This document shows, piece by piece, positions 1 through 9,742 of a stretch of DNA of 59,218 bases. Source of the DNA: an uncultured archaeon (GTDB lineage: Archaea; Asgardarchaeota; Lokiarchaeia; Sigyniarchaeales; SOKP01). The notes under the pieces were generated by a model that worked only from the letters and a program-made list of their open reading frames with translations, made no database searches and was not told the origin of the DNA. The translations under genes were made by a program, and so were the position numbers. The first letter of the stretch is position 1, and the number at the start of each line of letters is the position of its first letter. The stretch is from assembly GCA_964583985.1 (NCBI GenBank), contig CAZOYD010000017.1, forward strand, positions 1 to 59,218. Reading direction: 5' to 3'.

Positions 1-1269
1 TTTAATCTCTCCTTTAAGCTGGTTCACAGCATTACTAATTATGTTTGTCGCTATGAATGAGGGTTCATCTGTCGCTTTTTTTTTTAATATCTTGCTCTTT
101 AAGATCAACGCATCTAAATATAATTCATCGTTGACTTTTTCCCTTCCTTTTAATACAATATCTATAAAATGGAGCGCTAATTGAAAATTATCTTTTTCAA
201 ATAAGCTTATTGCATGATTCAAATACGTTCTAGCATCAGTTATTTGCAATAATTCAATTGCTATCTCATTTGATTTAGCTGGGAAGAGATCGGTAGGATT
301 ACCCGTATCATACCAGCCATGGTAAAGCCTATAAGTAGCATGTATTGCAAACCTATAACATCCATAAATGGGACTAAGTATGCGATGTTTTTTAAACTTG
401 TCAGGAAAAATATCCATCATCTCGTGATAAATTTGCTCAAACCACTTTCCTTCATTCAATCTTTTTACCACCCCATCATGAACAAAGTGTAGTGCTTCTG
501 AAGTTATTGATAACGCATCTTTAACATTTTCTCTTCCTTCTATGAATTTTCCGTGTCCAGGGATTAGAAATTTCGCGTCCTTTTCTAACATTTTTTCTAA
601 CGCTAATGCCCAGTCTAAGGGATATCGTTGCACCTTATATGGATTCCCGATATTGGGAAATGATGAAAGAAGTAAATCCCCTGTACAAATCACTTCCTTT
701 TCTGGAACCCAAAGCCAAATAGAATCATCAGTTTCACCCTTGTCATGATATAGATCGAAATCAATTCCCCCTAAATTAAATGAATATTTCGCTTCATTTC
801 CAACTAATAAAAATGATGGATCTAAAGAATACTCCGGAGAAATTGTTGAACCTTTCTTGTCTTTTGGTGCAATAGAAGCAAACTGCTGACTATTTATCCA
901 CTCATGATATTGATCTAACATCTTATATTTCTTGAATCTTCGTAAGATGTTTTCGTGACCGATGATCTTGGGTATTTCCCATCCCTTTTCTTCAATCTCT
1001 TTTAAAAAAGGTTCAAAACCAAAAGCATGATCGAAATGACCATGTGAGAATATAAGATACTTTATTTGTTTATTCGTTATATTTCTAACTTCATTAAAAG
1101 TTTTTTGAGCTAATTGTCGAATGGGAACATCGAATAAGACTAACCCCAATTCTGTTTCAAATAAAGCAGTATTTCCAAATCCAGGTAATATATGACATTT
1201 TCCATCTGCAAAGGTAACTGATGGATACATACCGAGCCAAAATTTCATGCCTTCTTTAGATCCACTCAC
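1..1269 (-). CDS. Alkyl sulfatase-like MBL-fold metallo-hydrolase (partial; 3' end runs off the window)
   Basis: Not in the ORF track. Manual translation from GTG 1269 (or ATG 1248) is open to position 1: MSGSKEGMKFWLGMYP...SHGHFDHAFG (HxHxDH), KGETDDSIWLWVPE, GDL, FPNIGNPYKVQRY, LIPGHG, YHGWYD. Confidence 0.85.
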   Translation of the reverse strand, partial: MSGSKEGMKFWLGMYPSVTFADGKCHILPGFGNTALFETELGLVLFDVPIRQLAQKTFNEVRNITNKQIKYLIFSHGHFDHAFGFEPFLKEIEEKGWEIPKIIGHENILRRFKKYKMLDQYHEWINSQQFASIAPKDKKGSTISPEYSLDPSFLLVGNEAKYSFNLGGIDFDLYHDKGETDDSIWLWVPEKEVICTGDLLLSSFPNIGNPYKVQRYPLDWALALEKMLEKDAKFLIPGHGKFIEGRENVKDALSITSEALHFVHDGVVKRLNEGKWFEQIYHEMMDIFPDKFKKHRILSPIYGCYRFAIHATYRLYHGWYDTGNPTDLFPAKSNEIAIELLQITDARTYLNHAISLFEKDNFQLALHFIDIVLKGREKVNDELYLDALILKSKILKKKATDEPSFIATNIISNAVNQLKGEIK

Positions 1270-1348
1270 TTTTAATCATTTTAAGCTTTTGTTTTCATTG
1301 ATTAGACATTAAATTAATTATCTTTTAAAAAATTGTGATGACAGTATT

Positions 1349-2251
1349 TTATAACCATTGAGCTCGTAAGGGTTTTCGAGGAGGAACTCTCTTATATTTT
1401 ACTTTAGGATATCCCATTGTCAATGAATACCCTACTTCATGATTCTTTGGAAGGTTGATCAATTGCTTAATTGTATCAGATTGGTTTGCATGGAATGTCA
1501 AATAGCCTAAAGAACAAGTACCTAATCCTAAAGTTTCAGCAGCTAACATGAGATGTGCCGCAGCTAACGCAGAATTCGTTGAAATACCTCCTATCGCTAA
1601 ATCACCATGAATTAAGATTAACTCACCTTCCCAACACCAAAAATCTACACCATTTTCAATAGTTTTTAATATCCTTTTAGTTTTAGGTAGATTTTCAATT
1701 GCGAGTTTAAATTCCTCATTAGACATGCGTGCTTTTACAATTTCTCTCCCTTTGAGATCTTCAAGAGTTTCAGCAAATCTTTTTACTTTTATGGTAATAA
1801 TGTTTGAAATTTTAGCCACAATCTCCTTATCTGTAATGATCGTATAATAAATATTTTCACTATTACTCCCCGTAGGTGAAAAGCGTGCTAAATCCAATAA
1901 TTTATCTATTAATTCCTTTGGGATTGCTTTCTCCTTAAATTGCCTTATTGACCTTCTTTTAAGAACAAGTTTATAAAAAGAATCGAAATCAGGAATATCT
2001 TCAGTTTTATATGTATCTTCTAAAGATTTTGTTTCATGGCTATCATAGCCTTTTAACTTAATTGCATCTACAGGACATACTGCAACACAATGACCGCATG
2101 AAATACACGCTTCCTCAAATTCATCACATACATTAAGCGTGTTTGAATCGATATAAAACAATCTTGCCACACAGTCATTAACACATGCGTTACATAATGT
2201 ACATCTATCAAGATCGACAGTGATTAAAGAATTATCAATTAAATTCTTCAT
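1349..2251 (-). CDS. Nitroreductase family protein with N-terminal 2x[4Fe-4S] ferredoxin domain
   Basis: CTLCNACVNDC and CISCGHCVAVCP; RRSIRQF, SPTGSN and LAAETLGLGTC nitroreductase motifs. Confidence 0.9.
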   Translation of the reverse strand: MKNLIDNSLITVDLDRCTLCNACVNDCVARLFYIDSNTLNVCDEFEEACISCGHCVAVCPVDAIKLKGYDSHETKSLEDTYKTEDIPDFDSFYKLVLKRRSIRQFKEKAIPKELIDKLLDLARFSPTGSNSENIYYTIITDKEIVAKISNIITIKVKRFAETLEDLKGREIVKARMSNEEFKLAIENLPKTKRILKTIENGVDFWCWEGELILIHGDLAIGGISTNSALAAAHLMLAAETLGLGTCSLGYLTFHANQSDTIKQLINLPKNHEVGYSLTMGYPKVKYKRVPPRKPLRAQWL

Positions 2252-3357
2252 TGTTTTTCTGCTCTTGCTAATTCTGCTTTTTTATCCATTATGGATAAAT
2301 ATGTTTCAATAGTGTTCTTTGGCGGTATGATTTCCTCTGCCTTTTTATAGAGTTTTATCGCTTCAGAGGTGCAAGTTGGTACACAAGCACCACATCCAAT
2401 GCATCGAGCTAAATTTACAACAGCGATAGCATCTTCAACATGAACGGCATTCATATTACATCGTTCTTCACAAATCCCGCATCCAATACACTCATCAGGA
2501 TCAACTTTTGCATAAAAATTTGTTGCAAAGAATTGAGCAGGTTCTTCGAGTTTATTTTGATGCGATAAAACCCCACAACAACATCCACAACAAGTGCATA
2601 TATTCATTGGACGTTGAGAGTTACCCGGTTGAAGAACTAAGCCATCTTCTTGTGCTTTTTCTAATATTTCAAGGGCTTCTTCCTTACTAATTTCTCTTCC
2701 AAGTCCTTTTTCAATATAAACTTTAGCAGCAGTTCTAAAAGAAAAACAAGATTCACGTAAATCTGTTTTCTTGCATGGTTCTCCAAGTAAATCAGTCCCT
2801 TTTCTGCAAATGCACTCCGCAACAGCGATTGGTCCTCCAATGGTTTCAATGACATTTTTTAAATCATCATATGAAGCAATCGTTTGTTCGTGATCAACAG
2901 TTTGCTCAATTGGTATGGTTCTGATCTGAGGGATACCAGTTCTATTATATTCATCTAAGAAACCTTCTTCAAAATAATCTTCAACATCTTTATAAAACTC
3001 AGGTGTTAACGTATTTAGCTGGTATTCATACATGCCTACTGCTAAAGGTGCAAGAGTGTAATATTTAACATCTTCGCCATTTTCATTTCTAATTCCACGA
3101 TTCAATAATCCTTTAAAATACATGTCATCTAACTTTTCTTCTAATTCTTCCATGGAATATTGCTTCAATTTCCGATGTATTTGTTTAATCTTATCAGGAT
3201 AAAAACCCAGAGTTAAGGCGATTTCGGCATGCTCTGGAGTGAATAAGTGCTTTAATATGCGTATTTCTACCCCAGAATCCGTTGCGGGATATCCAATTGG
3301 CATTTTATCAAGATGCCTAGCTAGTTGATTATAAACATTTTCCATAAATCTAACCAA
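2248..3357 (-). CDS. 4Fe-4S dicluster protein (N-terminal winged-helix-like region, Cys-rich core, C-terminal ferredoxin); start may be ATG 3345
   Basis: CICR, CTCCGCCC, CIGCGICEERC, CIGCGACVPTC; ATGA overlap with the downstream nitroreductase gene. Confidence 0.85.
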   Translation of the reverse strand: MVRFMENVYNQLARHLDKMPIGYPATDSGVEIRILKHLFTPEHAEIALTLGFYPDKIKQIHRKLKQYSMEELEEKLDDMYFKGLLNRGIRNENGEDVKYYTLAPLAVGMYEYQLNTLTPEFYKDVEDYFEEGFLDEYNRTGIPQIRTIPIEQTVDHEQTIASYDDLKNVIETIGGPIAVAECICRKGTDLLGEPCKKTDLRESCFSFRTAAKVYIEKGLGREISKEEALEILEKAQEDGLVLQPGNSQRPMNICTCCGCCCGVLSHQNKLEEPAQFFATNFYAKVDPDECIGCGICEERCNMNAVHVEDAIAVVNLARCIGCGACVPTCTSEAIKLYKKAEEIIPPKNTIETYLSIMDKKAELARAEKQ

Positions 3358-3423
3358 TTAATTCTCAAATATAAAAGATATTTTTATTATTGTAAACCAT
3401 ATGATAAGAAGGAATTAGGTAAA

Positions 3424-4098
3424 TTATTTTTCCCCAACTGCGATGTAATCGACGCTTTTTGATATGAAGCGTACCTTAAAGTTTAATTCAGTCATCCATT
3501 TCTCTAATTCTAAAGGATTTACCCAGTGATGGGAGCTTTTGTAATAATGTTTTGATCGTTCTTTACCCATCTTAAACCTCAAGAAATAAAAATAAATTTT
3601 CATCTTCCATTTCGGATAATTTGGATTTTTATCTGTTAAAATAAAAATTCCTTCGTTCTTTAGGATTCTATATACTTCACCCAGTGCTTTTTTTGGATCT
3701 TGAAAATCATGAAAAGCATTTAAGCAAGTAACAACTGAAATAGTACTAGATTCTACGGGAATCGATTCCGCCCTGCCTTGTTTAAATCCGATATTTTGAA
3801 CATCGTATTGTTCAACTTTAAGTTTAGCATATGATAACATCTTATCTGATGAGTCTATTCCAAGTAAAGAAGCATTAGGAATTTTTTTCTGAATCTCCAT
3901 TAGAAGAAACGCTGGACCACAGGCCAAATCAAGGATGATTGAATTTTCCTTTATTCCATATTTTATACATATTTTGGCTACTTTATTAGCAAAACGCTCA
4001 TACTTCGTCTTAATCTGTTTTTCCATTGATTCGACAAATTTTTCCGCATGATCATCTGTCCACTGATAATTTTTAATGGAATTCTCTCCTTCGTGCAA
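3424..4098 (-). CDS. Class I SAM-dependent methyltransferase (UbiE-like)
   Basis: ILDLACGPA motif I, GIDSS, GRAESIP, EVYRILKNEG. Confidence 0.88.
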   Translation of the reverse strand: MHEGENSIKNYQWTDDHAEKFVESMEKQIKTKYERFANKVAKICIKYGIKENSIILDLACGPAFLLMEIQKKIPNASLLGIDSSDKMLSYAKLKVEQYDVQNIGFKQGRAESIPVESSTISVVTCLNAFHDFQDPKKALGEVYRILKNEGIFILTDKNPNYPKWKMKIYFYFLRFKMGKERSKHYYKSSHHWVNPLELEKWMTELNFKVRFISKSVDYIAVGEK

Positions 4099-4181
4099 TG
4101 ATAATTACCTCAATGCTATTAAAATTAGAGTTGTTTTTCTAATTTTCCTTTATAATTTATTGAGCAATGATTTAATTTTAA

Positions 4182-4859
4182 TCATGCTTGTTTTTTGACG
4201 AATTCCCCATTCTCCAATTTCATAAAATAATCACAAATAATAGTTAAAGGGCATTCCTCACATTTTGGAGATCTTGGTATGCAGATTAATGCCGCCATAT
4301 CCAAAATAGCGTAATTTAATTCCTTGAAGTGTTTATCCGGCATTAAGAATTGCATTCTCTCAGCCAGTTTCTTATCTCTTGAAGGAGCATTTTTAACTGG
4401 AAAAGAAAAAATACGTTTCATAATTCTACCCACATTTGCATCAATAATCGCGATTTTATTATTAAATGCAAAGCATAGCACGGCATTAGCGATATAATCT
4501 CCAACACCTGGTAACTTCAAAAGATCTTCTTTATTTGATGGGACCACGTTTCCTGAATTGAGAATGATTTCTGAAGTTTTCTTTAAATCTCTAGCTCTTC
4601 TATTGAATAAACCTAAAGGCTGAAGTAAGTTAGCAAGGTCATCTTCGCTCAAGTTCACAATACTTTCAGGATTTGGATGACTTCCAATAAAACTTGGAAA
4701 GATATTTTCAACTTGAGAAGCATTGGTTTTTTGCAACATTAATTCTGCAACTAATACTTGAAATGGTGTTAATTTGAGAATTCTCCACGAAAATTCTCTC
4801 TTGTTATTTTTAAACCAATCAAGGATTAGTTTAATAAAAGTTTTATCCTTCGAATCCAT
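4182..4859 (-). CDS. HhH-GPD DNA glycosylase of the MutY/Mig (G:T mismatch) type with [4Fe-4S] cluster
   Basis: AELMLQKT, HhH LLKLPGVGDYIA, catalytic IDANV, CIPRSPKCEECPLTIIC (CX6CX2CX5C); no MutY C-terminal domain. Confidence 0.88.
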   Translation of the reverse strand: MDSKDKTFIKLILDWFKNNKREFSWRILKLTPFQVLVAELMLQKTNASQVENIFPSFIGSHPNPESIVNLSEDDLANLLQPLGLFNRRARDLKKTSEIILNSGNVVPSNKEDLLKLPGVGDYIANAVLCFAFNNKIAIIDANVGRIMKRIFSFPVKNAPSRDKKLAERMQFLMPDKHFKELNYAILDMAALICIPRSPKCEECPLTIICDYFMKLENGEFVKKQA

Positions 4860-4891
4860 TCTAATAAGAGGGTTTTATATGTAATATAACT

Positions 4892-5668
4892 TTATTTAAA
4901 TTTCACTTTTTCGTGTTGAAGATAACTCTTTTTTATTAGAAGGTCTATTTCGGAGTTTAGCCAACATAGTTCATCATAAGTAATGGAAGAATTGAATATT
5001 TCTTCTGCTTTGGTTTTAATTTTCTCTAAACTGGGCAAACTGAAGTTGATCTTTTGAATTTTTTCTGCAAGAAACCAACAAAGTTCATCATAGCTGAAAT
5101 TTTTAAGTGAAAAAAAGTAGGCTCCTTCCCGTGTTTGGTATTCAAAATCGAATTCTACTTCAGAACCAAGACGATTATAACTCTTTTTATCAAAGCTTTC
5201 CAAACTAGTTGCTTTTTCAGGTTTGAATTCTGTTTTTCTGTGTGCTCTAATTTGCTCCAACCACTTGGTGATAAGCGTTTCAGTTTTGCCCTCTTCCATT
5301 ACTTCAGGCATTTTTTGGATTTCTTGCTTTGGTTTTTGTATTGGACGTTCTAAGTGTAGTTCAGGACGCCTTTCAGTAGTTTTACCTGGGATTAATCCTT
5401 TCCTAAGATCATCCATCATGGCAAGAAAGGACCCAAATTCTCTTTTTTGTTTCATAATTAAAATGCGTGTTAAGATATCATCATCCCGTTCTATTTGTCT
5501 GGCAAATTCTGCAGCAAAATTTTTTTGTTTATCAGAGACTTTTAATCCAACCCAAATATATATTTCATTTTTAATGATATCATCGACTACATAAATTTCA
5601 TCATCATTAAACTCTAATTTATATAAATCTTCTAATTCCCCATCATCATTAATTCGATATAATTTCAT
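4892..5668 (-). CDS. Asgard gelsolin-domain protein with C-terminal repeated helical domain (1DGelX-like); start probably ATG 5668
   Basis: N-terminal KLYRIN...FNDDEIYVVDD...IYIWVG...AAEFARQI...KQKRE.GSFL matches the gelsolin repeat pattern; the C-terminus has two YDELCW repeats. Confidence 0.75.
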   Translation of the reverse strand: MKLYRINDDGELEDLYKLEFNDDEIYVVDDIIKNEIYIWVGLKVSDKQKNFAAEFARQIERDDDILTRILIMKQKREFGSFLAMMDDLRKGLIPGKTTERRPELHLERPIQKPKQEIQKMPEVMEEGKTETLITKWLEQIRAHRKTEFKPEKATSLESFDKKSYNRLGSEVEFDFEYQTREGAYFFSLKNFSYDELCWFLAEKIQKINFSLPSLEKIKTKAEEIFNSSITYDELCWLNSEIDLLIKKSYLQHEKVKFK

Positions 5669-5858
5669 GAGAATCTGATTCAAATAATTATCTAATATGG
5701 AATTAATTTCAATGAAGGCTTAAAAATCTTATTTGTTTGTCTGAAATTAATTTTTCGTAGTTTTTAAATTAAATTAATAAATTAATGATGTCTCACAGCT
5801 TCTAAATAAGATTTCATATGAACTATTATCATAATTTAAAAAGAGAGGAGTATTTCGT

Positions 5859-8012
5859 TTGATAATGCCATCTCAAAAAACAAAGATGAACGAGAAATTT
5901 ACTTTTGAATATTACGATGAAGATAATGATGATTATTTGGATGCCGAAGTCAGCGAAGTTATAGAAGAATATAATCCAGTCAATTTTGAGTTTGAACTAA
6001 ATGAAGAGCAATTGAATATCGTAAATAGCTTGAATGGACCAATGCTTGTAATTGCTGGAGCTGGATCTGGAAAGACTCGAACGATCGTGTATTCAGTGGC
6101 AAAATTATTAGTTTCAGGGATTAAACCAAGTGAAATTATGTTAGTGACTTTTACTAACAAGGCTGCAAATGAAATGATCGAGCGAGTCGAGCAGTTACTT
6201 GGAAAAAGACCGAAAGGGATATGGGCAGGAACCTTTCATTCCATTGCAAATAGGTTCTTAAGAAAGTATGCAAGATCATTAGGTTTGAAACCAAATTTTA
6301 CCATTATGGATGAAACTGATGCGAGAGGCTTAGTTAAATTATCTATGGATCAAGCAAACATAAAGGAATTGGATGAACGATTCCCTACTACAGCAATGGT
6401 AAAAAGTATCCTCTCCTACTCTATTAACTGCAATAAAACCATCAAGGAAGTTGTTGAATGGAAGTATCCTCAATTTGATAATGATAAGTTCATACTAAAA
6501 TTAAAAGAAGTCTTTAAGATCTATGCTAAAAAGAAAGCAGATGATAGTTTAGTGGATTTTGATGACATGCTAGTCTTCTGGAATCGATTATTAGAAGAAA
6601 AAAGTGTGGCTCAATTGATAGCACGTAGAATAAAATATGTTCTCGTGGATGAATATCAAGATACGAATTTCATTCAGGATGAAATCATAAAAAAAATCGT
6701 GCAACAGAATCTTGATAATAACGTGATGGCTGTCGGGGATGATGCACAAAGCATATATGCTTTTAGAGGCGCCAATTTTGAAAATATCATGAATTTTGAA
6801 AAAAATTATAAAGAATGTAAAAAGTATGCCATTACTTATAATTATCGTAGTATTCCCCAGATTTTGCACTTAGCCAATGATTCAATTAATCATAATAAAA
6901 AGCAATTTAAAAAACAAATGCGCCCCACTCGGGAAGATGGGATTAAACCATTTCAAGTAGATATTGAGGACGATAAATCTCAAGCTCGTTTTATTGCAAA
7001 CCAAGCATTAAAATTACGTTCAGAAGGATATGATCTTCATGATATGGCTATATTAATAAGAGCTGGACACCATTCAATGAAAATTGAACTTGAACTACAA
7101 AAAAAAAACATACCATATGAAGTCCGAGCAGGGGTTGCTTTTTTTGAAAAAGCTCACATAAAAGACGCTATCTCTTATTTAAGAATTTTTGAGAATCCTT
7201 ATGATGAAATTTCATGGGCACGTATTTTTTCAATGATACCTGGCATCGGGACCAAGTCAGGATCAAAAATTTTTACTGAAATTGTAAACTTAGAAGAGCC
7301 AATTAGTTCAATGGCAAATGAATCTTTTATTAGTGATAATTTAAAGGCATCTAGAATTTCCCAGCAAGGAAAGAAAAACTTGCTCGCACATGCTAATAAA
7401 CTTGTTAAACTTACTGAGGAAAAGGACCCATCGCAATTAATTCTGCATCTTATTAAGATCTTAGAAGGTTATATGAAAACTAAGTATGATAATTGGCAAG
7501 ATAGAATTGAGGATTTAAAGCAATTTAGTGTCTATGCTAAAAATTTTGATTCGACTAGAAAATTTTTAGAAAACTTGAGCTTGAATGGATCGAATATAGA
7601 ATCTAAAACTGTGATTGCTGGTAATCAGACTAACGAGGAAAAACCCCTTATAATTTCTACCATACATAGGGCTAAAGGTCTCGAATGGAGAGTTGTTTTC
7701 ATTCCCATGTTAATTCAAGATCAGTTTCCATCAAGCAAAGTTGTTGGTGATGCTGATGCTCTTGAAGAAGAAAGAAGGACATTTTATGTGGCCGTAACAC
7801 GAGCAAGAGATCAATTATATTTAATTTCCCCAGCAACAGTTCAGACTTTTAAAGGATATCAAACAACCAGAACTTCACAATTTATTTCGGAATTAAATCC
7901 TAAACATTATACTCAATCCGAAGTTAAATTTCGATCAAAAATAAATAAACCTTCTGAAAAACGAGAGTCTCTATTTAAATCTGCTAAGGATTTATATGAT
8001 GAAGGTAAATAA
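5859..8012 (+). CDS. uvrD: UvrD/PcrA-family ATP-dependent DNA helicase
   Basis: AGAGSGKT, TFTNKAA, GTFHS, DEYQD, GDDAQSIYAFRGA, NYRS, STIHRAKGLEW, EEERRTFYVAVTRA. Confidence 0.95.
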   Translation: MIMPSQKTKMNEKFTFEYYDEDNDDYLDAEVSEVIEEYNPVNFEFELNEEQLNIVNSLNGPMLVIAGAGSGKTRTIVYSVAKLLVSGIKPSEIMLVTFTNKAANEMIERVEQLLGKRPKGIWAGTFHSIANRFLRKYARSLGLKPNFTIMDETDARGLVKLSMDQANIKELDERFPTTAMVKSILSYSINCNKTIKEVVEWKYPQFDNDKFILKLKEVFKIYAKKKADDSLVDFDDMLVFWNRLLEEKSVAQLIARRIKYVLVDEYQDTNFIQDEIIKKIVQQNLDNNVMAVGDDAQSIYAFRGANFENIMNFEKNYKECKKYAITYNYRSIPQILHLANDSINHNKKQFKKQMRPTREDGIKPFQVDIEDDKSQARFIANQALKLRSEGYDLHDMAILIRAGHHSMKIELELQKKNIPYEVRAGVAFFEKAHIKDAISYLRIFENPYDEISWARIFSMIPGIGTKSGSKIFTEIVNLEEPISSMANESFISDNLKASRISQQGKKNLLAHANKLVKLTEEKDPSQLILHLIKILEGYMKTKYDNWQDRIEDLKQFSVYAKNFDSTRKFLENLSLNGSNIESKTVIAGNQTNEEKPLIISTIHRAKGLEWRVVFIPMLIQDQFPSSKVVGDADALEEERRTFYVAVTRARDQLYLISPATVQTFKGYQTTRTSQFISELNPKHYTQSEVKFRSKINKPSEKRESLFKSAKDLYDEGK

Positions 8013-8047
8013 CAGAAAAAAAATTAATCAATGAAATTTGAGAAAAA

Positions 8048-8506
8048 TTGTCTACTAAACAAATTGTAATAATTACCGGTTGTAGTGTAAAAAAACTTAA
8101 TATAAAAGCTCCAGCCCTAGAACTCTATCAAGGAGTAGTATTTAAAAAAGTGAAAGATTTGGCTACATCATTAGGGCTAGATTTAATGATTTTAAGTGCA
8201 AAATATGGGCTTATAGACGGATCTGAAATCCTAAGCCCTTACAACACAGTTATAAAAAAAAAGGAAGACATCTTAAAATTGCGGGAGAGAGTCATACCAC
8301 AGTTACTCCAAATAGAAAAAGTTTATTCCCTTATTATACTCATTATGGGAAAAAATTATCGTGCGGTGATTGCCCCTAGGTTTGGAGAAAAATATAAAAT
8401 GATACATGATTCTAGGGGTATTGGTGCCTTAACTTCAAGATTAAACAAATATATTAAAAGTTCCTTAGAAGTGTTTATGGGTGATTTAGAAGATTGCCGA
8501 ATTTGA
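8048..8506 (+). CDS. DUF6884-like (YaaA/DpdC-related) protein
   Basis: GCSVKK...PALELYQG..F...ILSAKYGLI....L.PYN is the recognisable DUF6884/YaaA-like signature; convergent with the dpdA-like gene. Confidence 0.7.
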   Translation: MSTKQIVIITGCSVKKLNIKAPALELYQGVVFKKVKDLATSLGLDLMILSAKYGLIDGSEILSPYNTVIKKKEDILKLRERVIPQLLQIEKVYSLIILIMGKNYRAVIAPRFGEKYKMIHDSRGIGALTSRLNKYIKSSLEVFMGDLEDCRI

Positions 8507-8511
8507 TACAT

Positions 8512-9702
8512 TTAAGAGGAGCGTACATCTTTTACCAAAGAGAAGTAGTTGTAGACATTATGAAATCCTCTTGACATGTTTCTCATTCTCCTTCTGAAAA
8601 CACATACATGAATTTGATATTTTACACAGAGATCACACTCACATTTTTTCCAAGGAGTGTCCATCAATAATTTTATTATTAGATCATCATTTAACTCATA
8701 GTTCTTATTGCGTAGTTTGTTATATTTTTTATAAAATTTTTTTAAAGATAATATGAAATCGTGATGACTCATTTCATAATTGGAGAAATCTTTAAGATCA
8801 TTGAAGATTTTTATATCTAGTTCTTGTTTTCCATATGTATTATTAGTTAAAGGTAATCGAATTGAAGTATAATACTTCATGCTTTTACTGCTTTTATGAT
8901 ATAGAAAGTATGATTTTTTTTCATCCGTCCAAGATTTTCTCATCACATTATTATCAAATTGCGTCACTCCTACATCGATGAACAATGGAAGATATTCTAT
9001 ATTTCCTCTTCCAAAGATATGAACATTCTGAAATTTTTTGAATTTCGGTTCCAATTGGATTAATAAGTTCTCCAGTGTTAGATCGTTTCTATCTTCTATT
9101 TTAGTCTTGTTTAACCCTACTAAACCACCAATACACAGATTTTTATAGCCAAGTTTAAATAAATAATCTACGATTTGTGAATATGACTGGATATCCCATC
9201 CTTGAGCTACCCCAAACAACTCAAAAGTATAATTATTTTCGCGATATAGTTCAATGCATTCCTTAGCATACTCTTTTGTTATTTTATACCTATTCTCTCG
9301 TTCAGAAACATCATTTTTATTAGTAATAATGTGATCAATCGAGCAACCCATATCAAATCCGTGATCCTGATAATAACTGAGGATTTCACGTGCTGTATAA
9401 GGAGGTTTTTCTTCATTTCGGTATTGAAAAGCACCACAATCTCCGAACAATTTGATATCCTTAGGAAGGGAAAATGCCATTTTTAAATTTTTATTATTTT
9501 TTAATAAATGGGAAAATCTACTCTGATTTATATCAAATTTCGATTTTGAAATTAATAGACCATCGAATGGGACGTTTTTAAAACATTCAAATATGAATAA
9601 TCTCCCCTTTTTTTCTTCCCAATCATCATCCCATGGATGCCATTCTTTAGGAATTTGGTCGAATTCAAATGGAAGAAAGAATAATAACTTGTTAGATGTC
9701 AT
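8512..9702 (-). CDS. dpdA: DpdA-like guanine transglycosylase (TGT family, DNA 7-deazaguanine insertion type)
   Basis: DGLLISK, GDCGAFQY..E..PPY, GFDMGCSIDHII, GVAQGW, IGGLV, HIFG, Zn motif PWKKCECDLC and RGFHN. These match DpdA rather than tRNA TGT. Confidence 0.8.
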   Translation of the reverse strand: MTSNKLLFFLPFEFDQIPKEWHPWDDDWEEKKGRLFIFECFKNVPFDGLLISKSKFDINQSRFSHLLKNNKNLKMAFSLPKDIKLFGDCGAFQYRNEEKPPYTAREILSYYQDHGFDMGCSIDHIITNKNDVSERENRYKITKEYAKECIELYRENNYTFELFGVAQGWDIQSYSQIVDYLFKLGYKNLCIGGLVGLNKTKIEDRNDLTLENLLIQLEPKFKKFQNVHIFGRGNIEYLPLFIDVGVTQFDNNVMRKSWTDEKKSYFLYHKSSKSMKYYTSIRLPLTNNTYGKQELDIKIFNDLKDFSNYEMSHHDFILSLKKFYKKYNKLRNKNYELNDDLIIKLLMDTPWKKCECDLCVKYQIHVCVFRRRMRNMSRGFHNVYNYFSLVKDVRSS

Positions 9703-9742
9703 CTTAAATTAAACTTTCCTCTCTTTTTTGATTTTACTTCTT

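Noticed and set aside
8512-9702. Archaeosine tRNA-guanine transglycosylase (arcTGT)
   Set aside because: It lacks the DSG.FQ context and the C-terminal PUA domain; the GDCGAF, DHII and RGFHN motifs fit DpdA better.
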